A DNA stretch of 64,000 nt, taken from positions 1 to 64,000 of the IMG/VR virus record IMGVR_UViG_2675903055_000001; one strand, written 5' to 3'. The position numbers and the translations under genes were made by a program. The notes below the pieces were generated by a model. That model was not told where the DNA came from and searched no databases. It saw nothing but the letters and a program-made list of their open reading frames with translations. Of this stretch, positions 47,443-56,558 are shown one piece after another (position 1 is the stretch's first letter; the number at the start of each line of letters is the position of its first letter). This DNA comes from a virus. Its lineage: Duplodnaviria > Caudoviricetes.

Positions 47443-48248
47443 GCCGCTGCCTTTTCGGTCTGCGCCGGGGTGAGCGTGGGCATGGCGGGGATGGTCTGGG
47501 CGAGCCAGCCGTCGGGCGCTGTCGTGAAGTGCGGGGCGGCTGTCGCTCGCCACCAGGAGCGGACCGCGGTGGTGGCGGACGGCTGGCCGGTGCGTCGGTC
47601 GACGTACTCGATGGTGCGCTCACGGCTGTGCCGGGTGACGAGCCGTCCGCGCTTGCAGCCGTCGGGGTATTCGTTCCAGTTGATCCCGGCTTCGGACCAC
47701 AGGAGTTCCTGCATGCTGCCGCTGTTCACGCCGTGCAGGCGTTTGTGGGAGAAGTGGGCCTGCGCCGCCATCGAGATGGAGTTGCGGACGGCGTCGCGCT
47801 GCCGCCACAGGAAGTAGTTCGCCACTTCGACCGGGTCGGGAATGGTGAACACGCGGGCGTCGAACAGTGCCCGCTTGCCAGGGCGCTGTTCGTTGAGGAC
47901 CGCGGTGGCAAGGGCGGCGGCCATGGAGGTCTGCTTGGCAAGGATGCCACCGAACCACGGCTGGGTGGTGGGGGTGGCGAAGTCGGTGTAGAGGACGCTG
48001 ATCTCGTCGGACTGGGTGTAGGCGAACACGCTGCCGGTGATCTCGGTGCAGAGTGCTTCGGCCACGGCGTCCATTGCAGCCATGAACTGGTCGTCGAAGG
48101 GGCGTTGGGCGCCGCGCAGGTAGGTGTGCGCAGCTCGAATGTCGACGCGTAGGAGAGTGTGGGTCCGGCGTGGAAGCACCGCGCGGGTGACGGCCTCGTA
48201 GTCCTTCATCCGGTCCCCGAGAGGGGTGTTGTCCTTCACGGTGCCCAC
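47439..48248 (-). CDS. tRNA(His) guanylyltransferase Thg1-like protein (3'-5' polymerase)
   Basis: RMKDYE, LRVD..A.H, YTQSDEIS, FDAR.F, YFLWRQRD..RNSI. Confidence 0.92.
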   Translation of the reverse strand: MGTVKDNTPLGDRMKDYEAVTRAVLPRRTHTLLRVDIRAAHTYLRGAQRPFDDQFMAAMDAVAEALCTEITGSVFAYTQSDEISVLYTDFATPTTQPWFGGILAKQTSMAAALATAVLNEQRPGKRALFDARVFTIPDPVEVANYFLWRQRDAVRNSISMAAQAHFSHKRLHGVNSGSMQELLWSEAGINWNEYPDGCKRGRLVTRHSRERTIEYVDRRTGQPSATTAVRSWWRATAAPHFTTAPDGWLAQTIPAMPTLTPAQTEKAAA

Positions 48249-48697
48249 TCCTCACCCTTGTGGTCGGGGTGCCTGGCGAATGGACGGGCGAGGATTTCGA
48301 GGCGACGGTCGATGCGGGCGTCGCGTCCGCAGTCACAGGGGCCGCCGAGGCGGCTCTCGTCGCAGGTCTCTCCGCCGTCCCGTTCTTCGGTGGCCGCAGC
48401 ACAGGTGTACCAGCAGTCTTCGACGACTGCGTGCCGTTCGGCGTCGAGGTCGGCTACGAGTGCGAGCTTGGCGTCGAGGTCGGCGATAACGGCGGTGGGA
48501 TCGTGAGCGGCGAGGTGGTCGACGGTAGCCCGCAGTTGCCGGCCGCTGAGTGCGAACCCTTCGGCGACGGTGATGCCGTCGATGGCGATCACTTCGTCGT
48601 GTTCGGCGTTGGGCTGCCACGGTCCGGGGCTGGCGGCTAGAGCGAGCGCCCGCTGTTCGGCGTACCGGGCACGCAGGAAGTCGGCGATGTCGTTCAC
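48236..48697 (-). CDS. DUF6221-like protein
   Basis: DIADFLRAR...ASPGPW...HLAAHDP...LARPFARHPDH. Confidence 0.78.
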   Translation of the reverse strand: MNDIADFLRARYAEQRALALAASPGPWQPNAEHDEVIAIDGITVAEGFALSGRQLRATVDHLAAHDPTAVIADLDAKLALVADLDAERHAVVEDCWYTCAAATEERDGGETCDESRLGGPCDCGRDARIDRRLEILARPFARHPDHKGEEWAP

Positions 48698-49398
48698 GCT
48701 GCTGCCTCCATGTGGTGGTCGCGTGTGGCGGCTTCCTGTGCGAGGCGGAGTTCGCGCCACGCGGCCATGTCGGGCCACTCGCTGCCGCAGTCGCCGCACC
48801 GTATGCGGGGGCTGCCGGTTGAGGCTGTGAGCTGGGCGCCGCACTGGGTTCCGTCGTCGTAGGCGATGGGGCACAGGCCGACTTTGACGCGGCCGGCTCG
48901 TTTCGTGGGGTCGAGGGCGGCGCCCAGTTCGGCGTGGAGTTGGCGGACCTCCTCGACGTCCTGGCCCACCGACTCGTAGGCGTCCACGGCCCACGGCAGG
49001 TTGTTGACGAGGAACCTGACGTGCTCGGGCACGGCCTGCCTCGCGTTGCCGCGCCAGGGTGCCATCGTCCAGCCGAGTGCTTGCCGCCAGGCGTCTTCGA
49101 TGGCGGCGAGTCGTGTGGCAGCACCGCCGGGGGCGACGAGGTTGAGGACGCGCACGTCGGGTGGGATGGGCGGTGTGCGGGAGCCGGAGACGTTGCCTTG
49201 TTTGCCGACGGTGCCGCGCATGAGTGCGGCGGTGGTGTTGGCGTGGGTGAACAGGCCGGGGATGGCGGCGAGTCTGGTGCGGGTCTTGTCTTCGCAGGGG
49301 CGGCAGGCGATGCGGCCGAGTTCTTGTTCCCAGAGGGGGCGGGCGCAGGCGCCGCATGTGGGCCAGTCGTAGCCGTCGTCGGTGGTGTGGGTGTGCAC
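48694..49398 (-). CDS. Zn-binding phage protein (possible late-gene regulator)
   Basis: CxxC...CxxC N-terminus; CP...C...CxxC C-terminus. Confidence 0.65.
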   Translation of the reverse strand: MHTHTTDDGYDWPTCGACARPLWEQELGRIACRPCEDKTRTRLAAIPGLFTHANTTAALMRGTVGKQGNVSGSRTPPIPPDVRVLNLVAPGGAATRLAAIEDAWRQALGWTMAPWRGNARQAVPEHVRFLVNNLPWAVDAYESVGQDVEEVRQLHAELGAALDPTKRAGRVKVGLCPIAYDDGTQCGAQLTASTGSPRIRCGDCGSEWPDMAAWRELRLAQEAATRDHHMEAAA

Positions 49399-49634
49399 GG
49401 CGGGCTCCTCGCGGGCGGAAGAGGGGGCGGTACACGCACTAGTGTGCACAGGTGAAATGACAAGCGTGTCATTTCGGCGGGTGGTGAAGGCCCGGCGGGT
49501 GACAGCGCAACGCCCGGCACGGGGCGGGGCGAAGGCTCCGTCTCGAGGGGCCAGTGCTCGTTGGTTCGCGCAGCCGCCCACGGGCTCGACCTGATCCGCG
49601 GACGCGACGCCCCCCGAGAGTGGGCATGGGCGAC

Positions 49635-50099
49635 TCACTCACCCCAGCCAGGCACGACGGTGGTCGGTATGCCCTCCTCCGCCCATAGCGCGAGGACAGC
49701 CGGGTTGTCGTCCCAAGCGTGCACGGGCCTCCAGCGCTCACGGATGCGGGCGAGGATGCTTCGCTTCACTTCGTAGTCAGGACGCTGGTCGTGGTGAGCG
49801 CGCATCCACATCGCGTCGGACGGCACACCATGCAGGGCCAGCCACATGGCGGTGTGCGGCCGGAAGCGAACGGAGCGGGCCGTGACCACGAGTACGCCGA
49901 GCCCGGCGGCCCGCGCTTCGTGCGCGGCCCCAACGACGTGCGCATGCGGTGGGCAGTCGACGGACGCCGTGTGGAAGGCGTGGAAGCGGCCAGGCTCGTC
50001 GAGGAGATGGCGGATGCCGCGCACGTCGCACAGCGTCCCGTCCACATCGAAGATCACGGCGTCGCGCATAGCTCCATGATGCCCAGCCATGTCAGCCAA
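49635..50099 (-). CDS. HAD phosphatase resembling the 3'-phosphatase domain of polynucleotide kinase
   Basis: AVIFDVDGTL, VVTAR, MR...DQRPD..VK, WDDNP. Confidence 0.85.
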   Translation of the reverse strand: MADMAGHHGAMRDAVIFDVDGTLCDVRGIRHLLDEPGRFHAFHTASVDCPPHAHVVGAAHEARAAGLGVLVVTARSVRFRPHTAMWLALHGVPSDAMWMRAHHDQRPDYEVKRSILARIRERWRPVHAWDDNPAVLALWAEEGIPTTVVPGWGE

Positions 50100-50132
50100 G
50101 TGAACCAGTGCGGAGAGGGCATCGTGGCACGT

Positions 50133-50339
50133 TCAGTTGGCGGTCTCTGCCGGGTCCTGCTTGGCGGTGTCGACGTCGATGGCCAGTGATTGCAGCTTCC
50201 CGCCGAACGAGACGGCGGCGGAGACGACTTCGGTGCCGGCCGCGCCGGAGCGCATGGCGTCCTGTACGAACGCGGCGAGCTCGTCGAGGGTGAGGAACTG
50301 CTTCTTCGGCGCCTTGTGCTCGATTGTGCGAGTGGACAT
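50133..50339 (-). CDS. Hypothetical protein
   Basis: RBS AAGGAG. Confidence 0.65.
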   Translation of the reverse strand: MSTRTIEHKAPKKQFLTLDELAAFVQDAMRSGAAGTEVVSAAVSFGGKLQSLAIDVDTAKQDPAETAN

Positions 50340-50420
50340 GACGGTGCTCCTTTGAGTTCGTGGGACTCAGTGTGCCGGTTTCCCCGCGGACAGCGCCCGG
50401 CAGCGGGCAGACTGCCACCC

Positions 50421-50618
50421 ATGGACCCGACGTTCACGGTGCAGGCCGAGTCTGAGGCTGTGTGTGAGGCCGCGTTGGCGCGGTTGTGTGCTGCGCTGGA
50501 GATCGAGCCGTGTCTGTTGCCGCGTGAGGTGTTGCCGGGGTCGGGGCGGTGGATGGCGCGCGCGAAGCCCCAGCCGTCCGACGAGGTCCAAGGCGTCATT
50601 CAGGCTGAGACCGGGTGA
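50421..50618 (+). CDS. Hypothetical protein (opposite strand)
   Basis: MDPTFTVQAESEAVCEAAL... Confidence 0.45.
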   Translation: MDPTFTVQAESEAVCEAALARLCAALEIEPCLLPREVLPGSGRWMARAKPQPSDEVQGVIQAETG

Positions 50619-50794
50619 AGGGCCTCCTCGGTCACCCACTCCCCGGTGAAGAACGCCAGCGAGTTGTAGTGCCGAATCTTGTAGATCGGGTTCCCCTGCT
50701 CGTCCCAGGAGACCTTGAGTACCTGCATGCGGGGCTGGCTGCCATGGGTCACGATCTGCCACTTCCTGAACCGGGGATCGCGCTTCGCAGGCAT
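50600..50794 (-). CDS. Hypothetical protein (SH3-like pattern)
   Basis: RBS AAGGA; FRKWQIV...MQVLKV. Confidence 0.55.
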   Translation of the reverse strand: MPAKRDPRFRKWQIVTHGSQPRMQVLKVSWDEQGNPIYKIRHYNSLAFFTGEWVTEEALHPVSA

Positions 50795-50796
50795 GG

Positions 50797-51024
50797 TCAG
50801 TCCTTCTTCCGGGTGATGGCGAGGCAGTCGGGGCACCAGCGCTCGCCCGGCTTGTCGAGACGCCGCGGCACCTGGCGCTTCCCGCCCGACATGACGATGC
50901 TGTCTTCGTCGCTGCACGCGATCCGCTGGAACGTGGCGTCGGGGTCCGGGCCGACCGGCTTGTGCCAGATCAACTCCTTCGTGACGCCACCGGGCCCCTT
51001 GATGCGTTCCGACACTGCAAGCAT
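50797..51024 (-). CDS. Hypothetical Zn-binding protein
   Basis: WH...IAC...WCPDC. Confidence 0.6.
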   Translation of the reverse strand: MLAVSERIKGPGGVTKELIWHKPVGPDPDATFQRIACSDEDSIVMSGGKRQVPRRLDKPGERWCPDCLAITRKKD

Positions 51025-51026
51025 GG

Positions 51027-51167
51027 TCAGCTCTCCTTGATCTCGGTGATCTCGAAGGCGAAGGGCACGTCCTCGCAGGCGTCGTAGACGGCGTCGCGGA
51101 TGCCCTGCCCGGTGGGGCCGTACTCGTCGGGCGCGTCGATCTCCATCGTCAGCTTGTACTTCGGCAT
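51027..51167 (-). CDS. Small hypothetical protein (not in ORF track)
   Basis: RBS AGGAG; MPKYKLTMEIDAPDEYG. Confidence 0.55.
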   Translation of the reverse strand: MPKYKLTMEIDAPDEYGPTGQGIRDAVYDACEDVPFAFEITEIKES

Positions 51168-51332
51168 GATCAGTTCTCCTTGTCACTGTGCGCGCGGGAC
51201 AACAGGCCACCCACGAAGCCCCCGCCAACCTGCACGCTGGCCATGGCCCCGCAGCCGATGAGGAGGCGGGTCATGGTCAGGTCAGCGCCGTCGCCGGGGA
51301 GGACGACTGCGGCGAGCAGCGGCCGGGCGACG

Positions 51333-51827
51333 GTGGGTAACGCCACCAAACGGCGGTACAGGCCGAAGCACTCGTCCTGTTATCACGTCGGCTACTCGCT
51401 CACGTGCCGCGAGTACGACGACCTCCTGCGCCTCAGCAGGGGACGGTGCAAGATCTGCAAGGAAGCCGCTTCGCATCTGTGCATCGACCACGATCACAAG
51501 CTGGGAACATGGGCGGTTCGCGGCCTCATATGCAACGCCTGCAATCTGGCCCTCAAGAAAGTCGACGCTGGGTGCGGGGAGAAGAGCCCGGCAGTCGCGA
51601 GGTACCTCGCGAACGCTTGGCACAGAAGGCAAGCGAGTAGTGCAGTCAAGGCCGCTCGTGTCCGGCCAGTCTCCGAATGCCCTGTGTGCGGGAAGCGGTC
51701 GTCGGTGAAGCGTGACGGCCGCCTCTACGAGCACTGGTCCCGTCTCCCAGGGCAGTACGAAACGCGCTGCACTGGCGTCCCTGACGCCAGGCTCCCGCAG
51801 CGTCCCGAACCTACCGAAGGGGCATGA
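51333..51827 (+). CDS. Recombination endonuclease VII-like (HNH) protein; start uncertain
   Basis: YSLT..EY..L...GRCKIC....CIDHDH...VRGLICNACN. Confidence 0.82.
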   Translation: MGNATKRRYRPKHSSCYHVGYSLTCREYDDLLRLSRGRCKICKEAASHLCIDHDHKLGTWAVRGLICNACNLALKKVDAGCGEKSPAVARYLANAWHRRQASSAVKAARVRPVSECPVCGKRSSVKRDGRLYEHWSRLPGQYETRCTGVPDARLPQRPEPTEGA

Positions 51828-52219
51828 GCATGGACCGTGACCTGACCGACTTCTTGTGGCTACGCGTCACCGAAGACCACGAGACCGCCCAGCGCCCGAC
51901 CGACGCCCCGTGGGCCAAGCCAACCTGGGCCCTCCGGCGAGACGACGACGACGACGCTTACGTCGACCTCGGCACCCAGCACCTGGACCGAGAGAGCAGC
52001 CTCAACGAGGACGAGCTGACCCACATCGCGCGGCACGATCCGACGCGGGCTTTCGCCGAGGTTGAGCTGTTGAAGTGGCTGCTCGCCGAGCACGAGCTGC
52101 GTGCCGATGGGGACGGAGGCTATGTGTGCGCGGTGGATGGTGAGGACTGCGGCACGCTGCGCCGCATGGCCGCCCTGTACGCGGATCACGAGGAGTACAG
52201 GCAGGAGTGGCGGCCGTAG
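51824..52219 (+). CDS. DUF6221-like protein
   Basis: DLTDFL..R..ED...HIARHDP.R...YADHEEYRQEWRP. Confidence 0.8.
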   Translation: MSMDRDLTDFLWLRVTEDHETAQRPTDAPWAKPTWALRRDDDDDAYVDLGTQHLDRESSLNEDELTHIARHDPTRAFAEVELLKWLLAEHELRADGDGGYVCAVDGEDCGTLRRMAALYADHEEYRQEWRP

Positions 52220-52281
52220 TTCGCGCAGCATGCCACGGGCACTGCCGTCTCCGAACGACGACAGTGCCCACCTCTTCACAC

Positions 52282-52860
52282 TTACCGCTTCGGGATGCGC
52301 CATTCGGTCGGATAGGCCAACCCTTCTGGTGCGTATTCGACGCGCACAGGCCGTTGGTCCGCCGGCACGGGGAACATGATCCCTCCCCGGGCGCAGCGCC
52401 CAGCTCGGACGACCTTGTCCATGATGGGATACTCCGGCTTCGGGAAGTCCCCGCCGCTGAGGCCGGTGATCTCCGCTTGGCTTCCGTCAGCGAAGGCGAG
52501 CGACCACGGATCTTGCGAGACGCTGTTCTCTCCCTCCGATTTGTCAATGCAGACCTTCACGTCGACGCGCGCCCATACGGCCTTCTCTTGCATCCCAAGG
52601 CTCTCGTCGGGCGGCTCGATGCCTGAGTAGGGCTGCTTGTAGCTGAGGACTGAGGCGGTGCCTTCGTTGCCGTCATCGTCCTTCCAGGGCCACGACTGCC
52701 CCAGTTCGAGACGGTCCGGCTCGTCCTGGGCCTGCTCCTTGTCGGGAGATGCCTTCTCCTCATGTGGGGTCGGCTTGGGTTCATCACCCGGTGCCGCACA
52801 CGCGGTAAGAGCAGCGAGCAGTGCCACGCTGCCTGCCGATGCTGCGAGCGTGATACGCAT
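52282..52860 (-). CDS. Lipoprotein (DUF4352-like Ig fold)
   Basis: Signal peptide with lipobox LTAC; WSLAFADG; GRCARG.I.F.VP. Confidence 0.8.
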   Translation of the reverse strand: MRITLAASAGSVALLAALTACAAPGDEPKPTPHEEKASPDKEQAQDEPDRLELGQSWPWKDDDGNEGTASVLSYKQPYSGIEPPDESLGMQEKAVWARVDVKVCIDKSEGENSVSQDPWSLAFADGSQAEITGLSGGDFPKPEYPIMDKVVRAGRCARGGIMFPVPADQRPVRVEYAPEGLAYPTEWRIPKR

Positions 52861-52937
52861 GTGCCCTCCTTGGGGTCACGTAGAAGTGCGGCCCCGCCGC
52901 ACTGGGGGGTTGGCGGGGCCGCGGTGGGGGGCGGCGG

Positions 52938-53531
52938 TCAGTGCCAGCCGAGCCCGGTGTTGGAGAGCTGCGCGTTGCAGATGTTGTAGCCGCCGGAGGC
53001 GTGGGCCTTCTTCGTTTCGCCGTTGACGGTCACCGAGCAGTTGATGTCGCCGCCGCCTTGGAGTTGGGCGTTGACGTGGTACCACAGGGCGTCGTCGTTG
53101 AACGGGAGTGTCTTCGTCATGGGCAGTCCGGAGCCTTGCCGACTGTCGGTGTCGGTGCCGTAGGTGATGTCGGCGCCGGCGGGGGCGCTGCCCCACACCT
53201 TGATGGTCACCGTCTTCGGCTTCGGCTTGGGCTCGGGCTTGGCGGCCGGCTTGGGCTTGGCGGAGGTCTCCTCGGCCTTCGGTGCTTCGTCGCCCGCGGG
53301 TTCGGCGTTCTCCTTCTCGGGCTTCGGCTTGGCGCTCGGCTCGGACGCGGTGTCCTTCTTGTCGGTGTCGCCGCCTCCGATGGCGGAGCCGATGCCGCCG
53401 AGGACGAGGACGCCGCCGATCACGCTGAGGACGATCAGGCCGGTGCGCTTCTTCTTGGGCGGCGGCTGGGGCTGCCACTGCTGCTGGAACGGGGGCTGCG
53501 GCTGGCCGGGGTACTGCTGGTGCGGGTTCAT
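52938..53531 (-). CDS. Single-pass membrane protein with MmpS-like C-terminal domain
   Basis: PQ-rich N-terminus, TM helix, ADITYG...AQLQGGGDINCSVTVNG. Confidence 0.78.
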   Translation of the reverse strand: MNPHQQYPGQPQPPFQQQWQPQPPPKKKRTGLIVLSVIGGVLVLGGIGSAIGGGDTDKKDTASEPSAKPKPEKENAEPAGDEAPKAEETSAKPKPAAKPEPKPKPKTVTIKVWGSAPAGADITYGTDTDSRQGSGLPMTKTLPFNDDALWYHVNAQLQGGGDINCSVTVNGETKKAHASGGYNICNAQLSNTGLGWH

Positions 53532-53804
53532 GGGTCCCCCTGGGTTGTTGAAGGATGGATCGTACTGGCGTTGTGTCGGGTAGGTGAGGGTCTTGTGGCC
53601 TCTGTGCGGGTCTGGTTGTACTCGTCAGTTCATGTGCGGGCAGGCGCGGACCCACCAGCCGCAGCCGGGGCAGTAGGTGGGCGGGATGAGTCGGGTGGCC
53701 AGCGCGCGGATGGCGTGCATGATGTGGGTCTCCTGTCTCTCGTGTGGGATGGGTGGCCGCAGGGCCGGGATCGTGCAGCCACAGCCGGGCCCGGCCCTGC
53801 GGTG

Positions 53805-54023
53805 TCAGCGGCGGCGGGGCCGGTCGGCTGGGTTGATCTGCATGCCGAGGGCCTCACGCTGGCGCGGCTCCTCGGCGTGGAAGTCGGCCCAGGTGGCGCC
53901 GAGGTCGAATGCCCTCTGCTGCGCCTCTTCGACTGGAGGGTCGGGGAAGATCGTCGGCGGCCTGGTGAGGCTCAGCCGGATGGCCTCGGCGACGGCTTCC
54001 TTCATCTGCTGTTCCTGGTCCAC
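53805..54023 (-). CDS. Hypothetical protein
   Basis: RBS AAGGAG. Confidence 0.5.
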   Translation of the reverse strand: MDQEQQMKEAVAEAIRLSLTRPPTIFPDPPVEEAQQRAFDLGATWADFHAEEPRQREALGMQINPADRPRRR

Positions 54024-54037
54024 GGGTGTCTCCTTCG

Positions 54038-54274
54038 TCAGAGGTGGCGGATGATCCAGTCGAGGACGGCGATCCAGGCGAGGACGGCGAAGCCGCAGCC
54101 GGTGCGCCACGACAGCCGCTGGCGGACGCCTACGGTCTCGATGTGCTCGCCGTCGGGTCTGAGCCCGTGGTGGGCCAGCTGACGGTGACGGCCGCGGACG
54201 GCGCGCAGGGCGACGCGGGAGTGCACCGGTTCGGCGGTGGTGCCGCAGTCGTCGCACCGGTACTGGTAGGCCAT
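54038..54274 (-). CDS. Zn-binding membrane-anchored hypothetical protein
   Basis: YRCDDC...HR..H; C-terminal hydrophobic helix. Confidence 0.6.
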   Translation of the reverse strand: MAYQYRCDDCGTTAEPVHSRVALRAVRGRHRQLAHHGLRPDGEHIETVGVRQRLSWRTGCGFAVLAWIAVLDWIIRHL

Positions 54275-54360
54275 CGGCGGGTCCTCTCGGGGGCGGTAGG
54301 CGGGTAGGTAGGAACGGGGTAGGCGGCGGGTAGGACGTGGGCTGACCTGCGGTTCCTACC
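54265..54360. repeat. GGTAGG/CCTACC repeat cluster
   Basis: GGTAGG at 54265, 54295, 54303, 54307, 54318, 54329; inverted CCTACC at 54355. Confidence 0.6.
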
Positions 54361-54363
54361 GGG

Positions 54364-55086
54364 CTACCGGGCCGGGGGGTGGGGGCTGTTCGGGGTGTGG
54401 GGAGCGGGCGCTGGGCCGGGCTGTGGGTGGGGTGTGACGGGGGTGTAGGCGGGGCCCCGGTCGGGGCTGCCGGGCGGGCCGGGAGCGGGGGTGTCGGGGA
54501 GGTGCCCGAGCCCGTCCGGGAGGTCCCGGAGGAGGACCCCTTGGCGGTTGCGCTGACGGCCCCCCGCCGCCTTCAGGTTGAGTCCTTCGGTGACCGGGAT
54601 GCCGGCCGCGTCGAGGGCCTGGCGGACGGTCTGTTTCGTGGCTCCGGGGAGGGCGTCGGCGATGGTGTCGAGGTGGGCGCCGCGCTGCCCGGTGTCGGCG
54701 GTGATCTCGCGGATGGCGAGGGCGACGATGTGCGCGGCCGGTGGCACGGCCTCGGCCGGCTGCTCCTCCCCCGGCTCGTCTTGATCGTTTCGGGGTGTGG
54801 GGGCGGGGGCCAGCGTCCATGCGGCGACGCACCAGGCCGCGGTCAGCGGCGTCATCATCGGCGGGTGCTGGTCGACCAGGAGCACGATGCCGACCGCGCC
54901 CGCGGCTACCCCACCCAGGCGGGTCACGCTGCCCTGGGTGCCGTCGCCTGCGGCGACCCAGGCCGCGCCCCGTTCGAGCAGGGCGCGGCTGCCGGTGCAC
55001 AGCGACGTAGCGAGGTGCCGGCCGGGGATGAAGGGGCGGGCGGCCTCCCGCGCTCGGGCCACTGGGCGGGGCTTCCGGTCGGGCAC
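54364..55086 (-). CDS. Plasmid/AICE spread-like membrane protein with C-terminal HTH-like domain
   Basis: Two TM helices, Pro/acidic linker, LDTIADAL...TVRQAL. Confidence 0.6.
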   Translation of the reverse strand: MPDRKPRPVARAREAARPFIPGRHLATSLCTGSRALLERGAAWVAAGDGTQGSVTRLGGVAAGAVGIVLLVDQHPPMMTPLTAAWCVAAWTLAPAPTPRNDQDEPGEEQPAEAVPPAAHIVALAIREITADTGQRGAHLDTIADALPGATKQTVRQALDAAGIPVTEGLNLKAAGGRQRNRQGVLLRDLPDGLGHLPDTPAPGPPGSPDRGPAYTPVTPHPQPGPAPAPHTPNSPHPPAR

Positions 55087-55087
55087 G

Positions 55088-55564
55088 TCAGACCCCCAGG
55101 ACCTTCGCGAAGGAGGCGACGACGGAGGCGAGGACGCCCCAGATGCCGCCCGCACGGCCGGCGACGTAGGCCATCACGAAGCCCCAGATCGCGACCTGCT
55201 TCAGCGTGAGCTTCTTCCAGTACAGGACGGCGGCGATGCAGCAGGCCGCGGCGCCCATGCCGACGTTGCCGAGGGGGCCGCCGCTGCCGCCGACGCCGAG
55301 CGCGGCCAGGAGGGTGCCGAGCAGGTCGGCGGGGGTGGACCAGATGCCGCCCGCGGCGGCGTAGAGGGTGGCCGCGAGCGCGCCGAGGAACAGCGCGAGC
55401 GTCCACGGCAACGGCCGGCCCTTGCCCGCGGCCTTGACGCCGAGGACGAGTACGACGGTGACGACCAGGGCGGCGCCGCCGGCGCCGAGATGGCCGAGGA
55501 TCTCGCCCTGGCTGATGCCCGGCGACGGGGGCGCCATCGGCGTGGTGGATACGGCGGTGGACAT
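55088..55564 (-). CDS. Multi-pass membrane protein, spread (Spd)-like
   Basis: Four hydrophobic Gly/Ala-rich helices. Confidence 0.65.
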   Translation of the reverse strand: MSTAVSTTPMAPPSPGISQGEILGHLGAGGAALVVTVVLVLGVKAAGKGRPLPWTLALFLGALAATLYAAAGGIWSTPADLLGTLLAALGVGGSGGPLGNVGMGAAACCIAAVLYWKKLTLKQVAIWGFVMAYVAGRAGGIWGVLASVVASFAKVLGV

Positions 55565-55576
55565 GACTTCTCCTGG

Positions 55577-56230
55577 TCAGAGGGAGGCGGGCGCGTACAG
55601 GCCCAAGGCGAGGACGGCAGAGGCGAGGGGGGCGCGGCAGATCCACGGGAGCGGGCCCCACCAGCCGCGGGTGCGGCGGTCGAGGACCTGGCCGAGGAGG
55701 ACGACGATGCCGCTGCCGAGGAGCAGTGCGGTGGTGACGCTGTAGTCGCGGCCGCAGTCGGTGATCCAGCCTCCGAACAGGTCGACCAGGCCAAAGCTCC
55801 AGCCCAACGTGGCGGCGCTGCCGTTGTAGAGCAGGACCCAGGTGCGGTGCTCGACGTGCAGGTGCTGGCGGACCTGCTCGGCCCGCTGGTCGACGGCGCC
55901 CGTCTTGATGGTGGGCAGCCGCCGCCGGGGCTCGGGCGCCGGCTCCGGGGTGTCGGGGTCGGCCGTCAGCTCCTCGACGGGCTGGGGCTGGGCGCTCGTC
56001 TGCGGGCGCGGCACGGGCAGCTCGGCCTCGGGGGGCTCCGGGGGCCTGGTCCACCAGTCGGCGGCGGGCCCGGTGTCGGTGCCGTCGGCGTACAGCCGGT
56101 CCCACCAGTCGTCGTCGTGGCGGTCGGCTGGCTCGGGGGCGGGCTTGCGCCACGGCGGGAGGTTGTCGGCCCCGGCCGGCGCGGGCGGCATCTCGGGCGC
56201 GAGCGGGGGCTGCTGTCCGTCGCTGCTCAC
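55577..56230 (-). CDS. Membrane protein, Pro-rich N-terminus, spread-like
   Basis: DWWDRLY; three C-terminal hydrophobic segments. Confidence 0.62.
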   Translation of the reverse strand: MSSDGQQPPLAPEMPPAPAGADNLPPWRKPAPEPADRHDDDWWDRLYADGTDTGPAADWWTRPPEPPEAELPVPRPQTSAQPQPVEELTADPDTPEPAPEPRRRLPTIKTGAVDQRAEQVRQHLHVEHRTWVLLYNGSAATLGWSFGLVDLFGGWITDCGRDYSVTTALLLGSGIVVLLGQVLDRRTRGWWGPLPWICRAPLASAVLALGLYAPASL

Positions 56231-56553
56231 GAGTGGTCTCCGCACTGGTGGTCGCGGCCGTCGGCGAGCGCCGCGGCGAAGCCGGATTCGGGCCGGTAGC
56301 CGAGGGCGAGGCGGTGGCAGGGGCAGCGCCAGGCATAGCCGTGCACGGTGTACTCGCCCTGCGGGGACAGCACTTCGTAGTCGGCGCGGTGGACGGTGAC
56401 GCGGGTGTCGGAGCGGCTGGTGACGGTGGTGATGACGCCGGACATGGCCGGCGCTGTCGACGTGCCGGTCGGGGTGGGCTCGGCTGCCTGCGTGGTGCTG
56501 GCCGTGGTCCAGCCCGGGGGCAGCGTGCCGGGGGCGGCGGGGGGGTCGGTCAT
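56227..56553 (-). CDS. Hypothetical protein (CPCH motif)
   Basis: YAWRCPCH...DH.C. Confidence 0.55.
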   Translation of the reverse strand: MTDPPAAPGTLPPGWTTASTTQAAEPTPTGTSTAPAMSGVITTVTSRSDTRVTVHRADYEVLSPQGEYTVHGYAWRCPCHRLALGYRPESGFAAALADGRDHQCGDHS

Positions 56554-56558
56554 GACGA

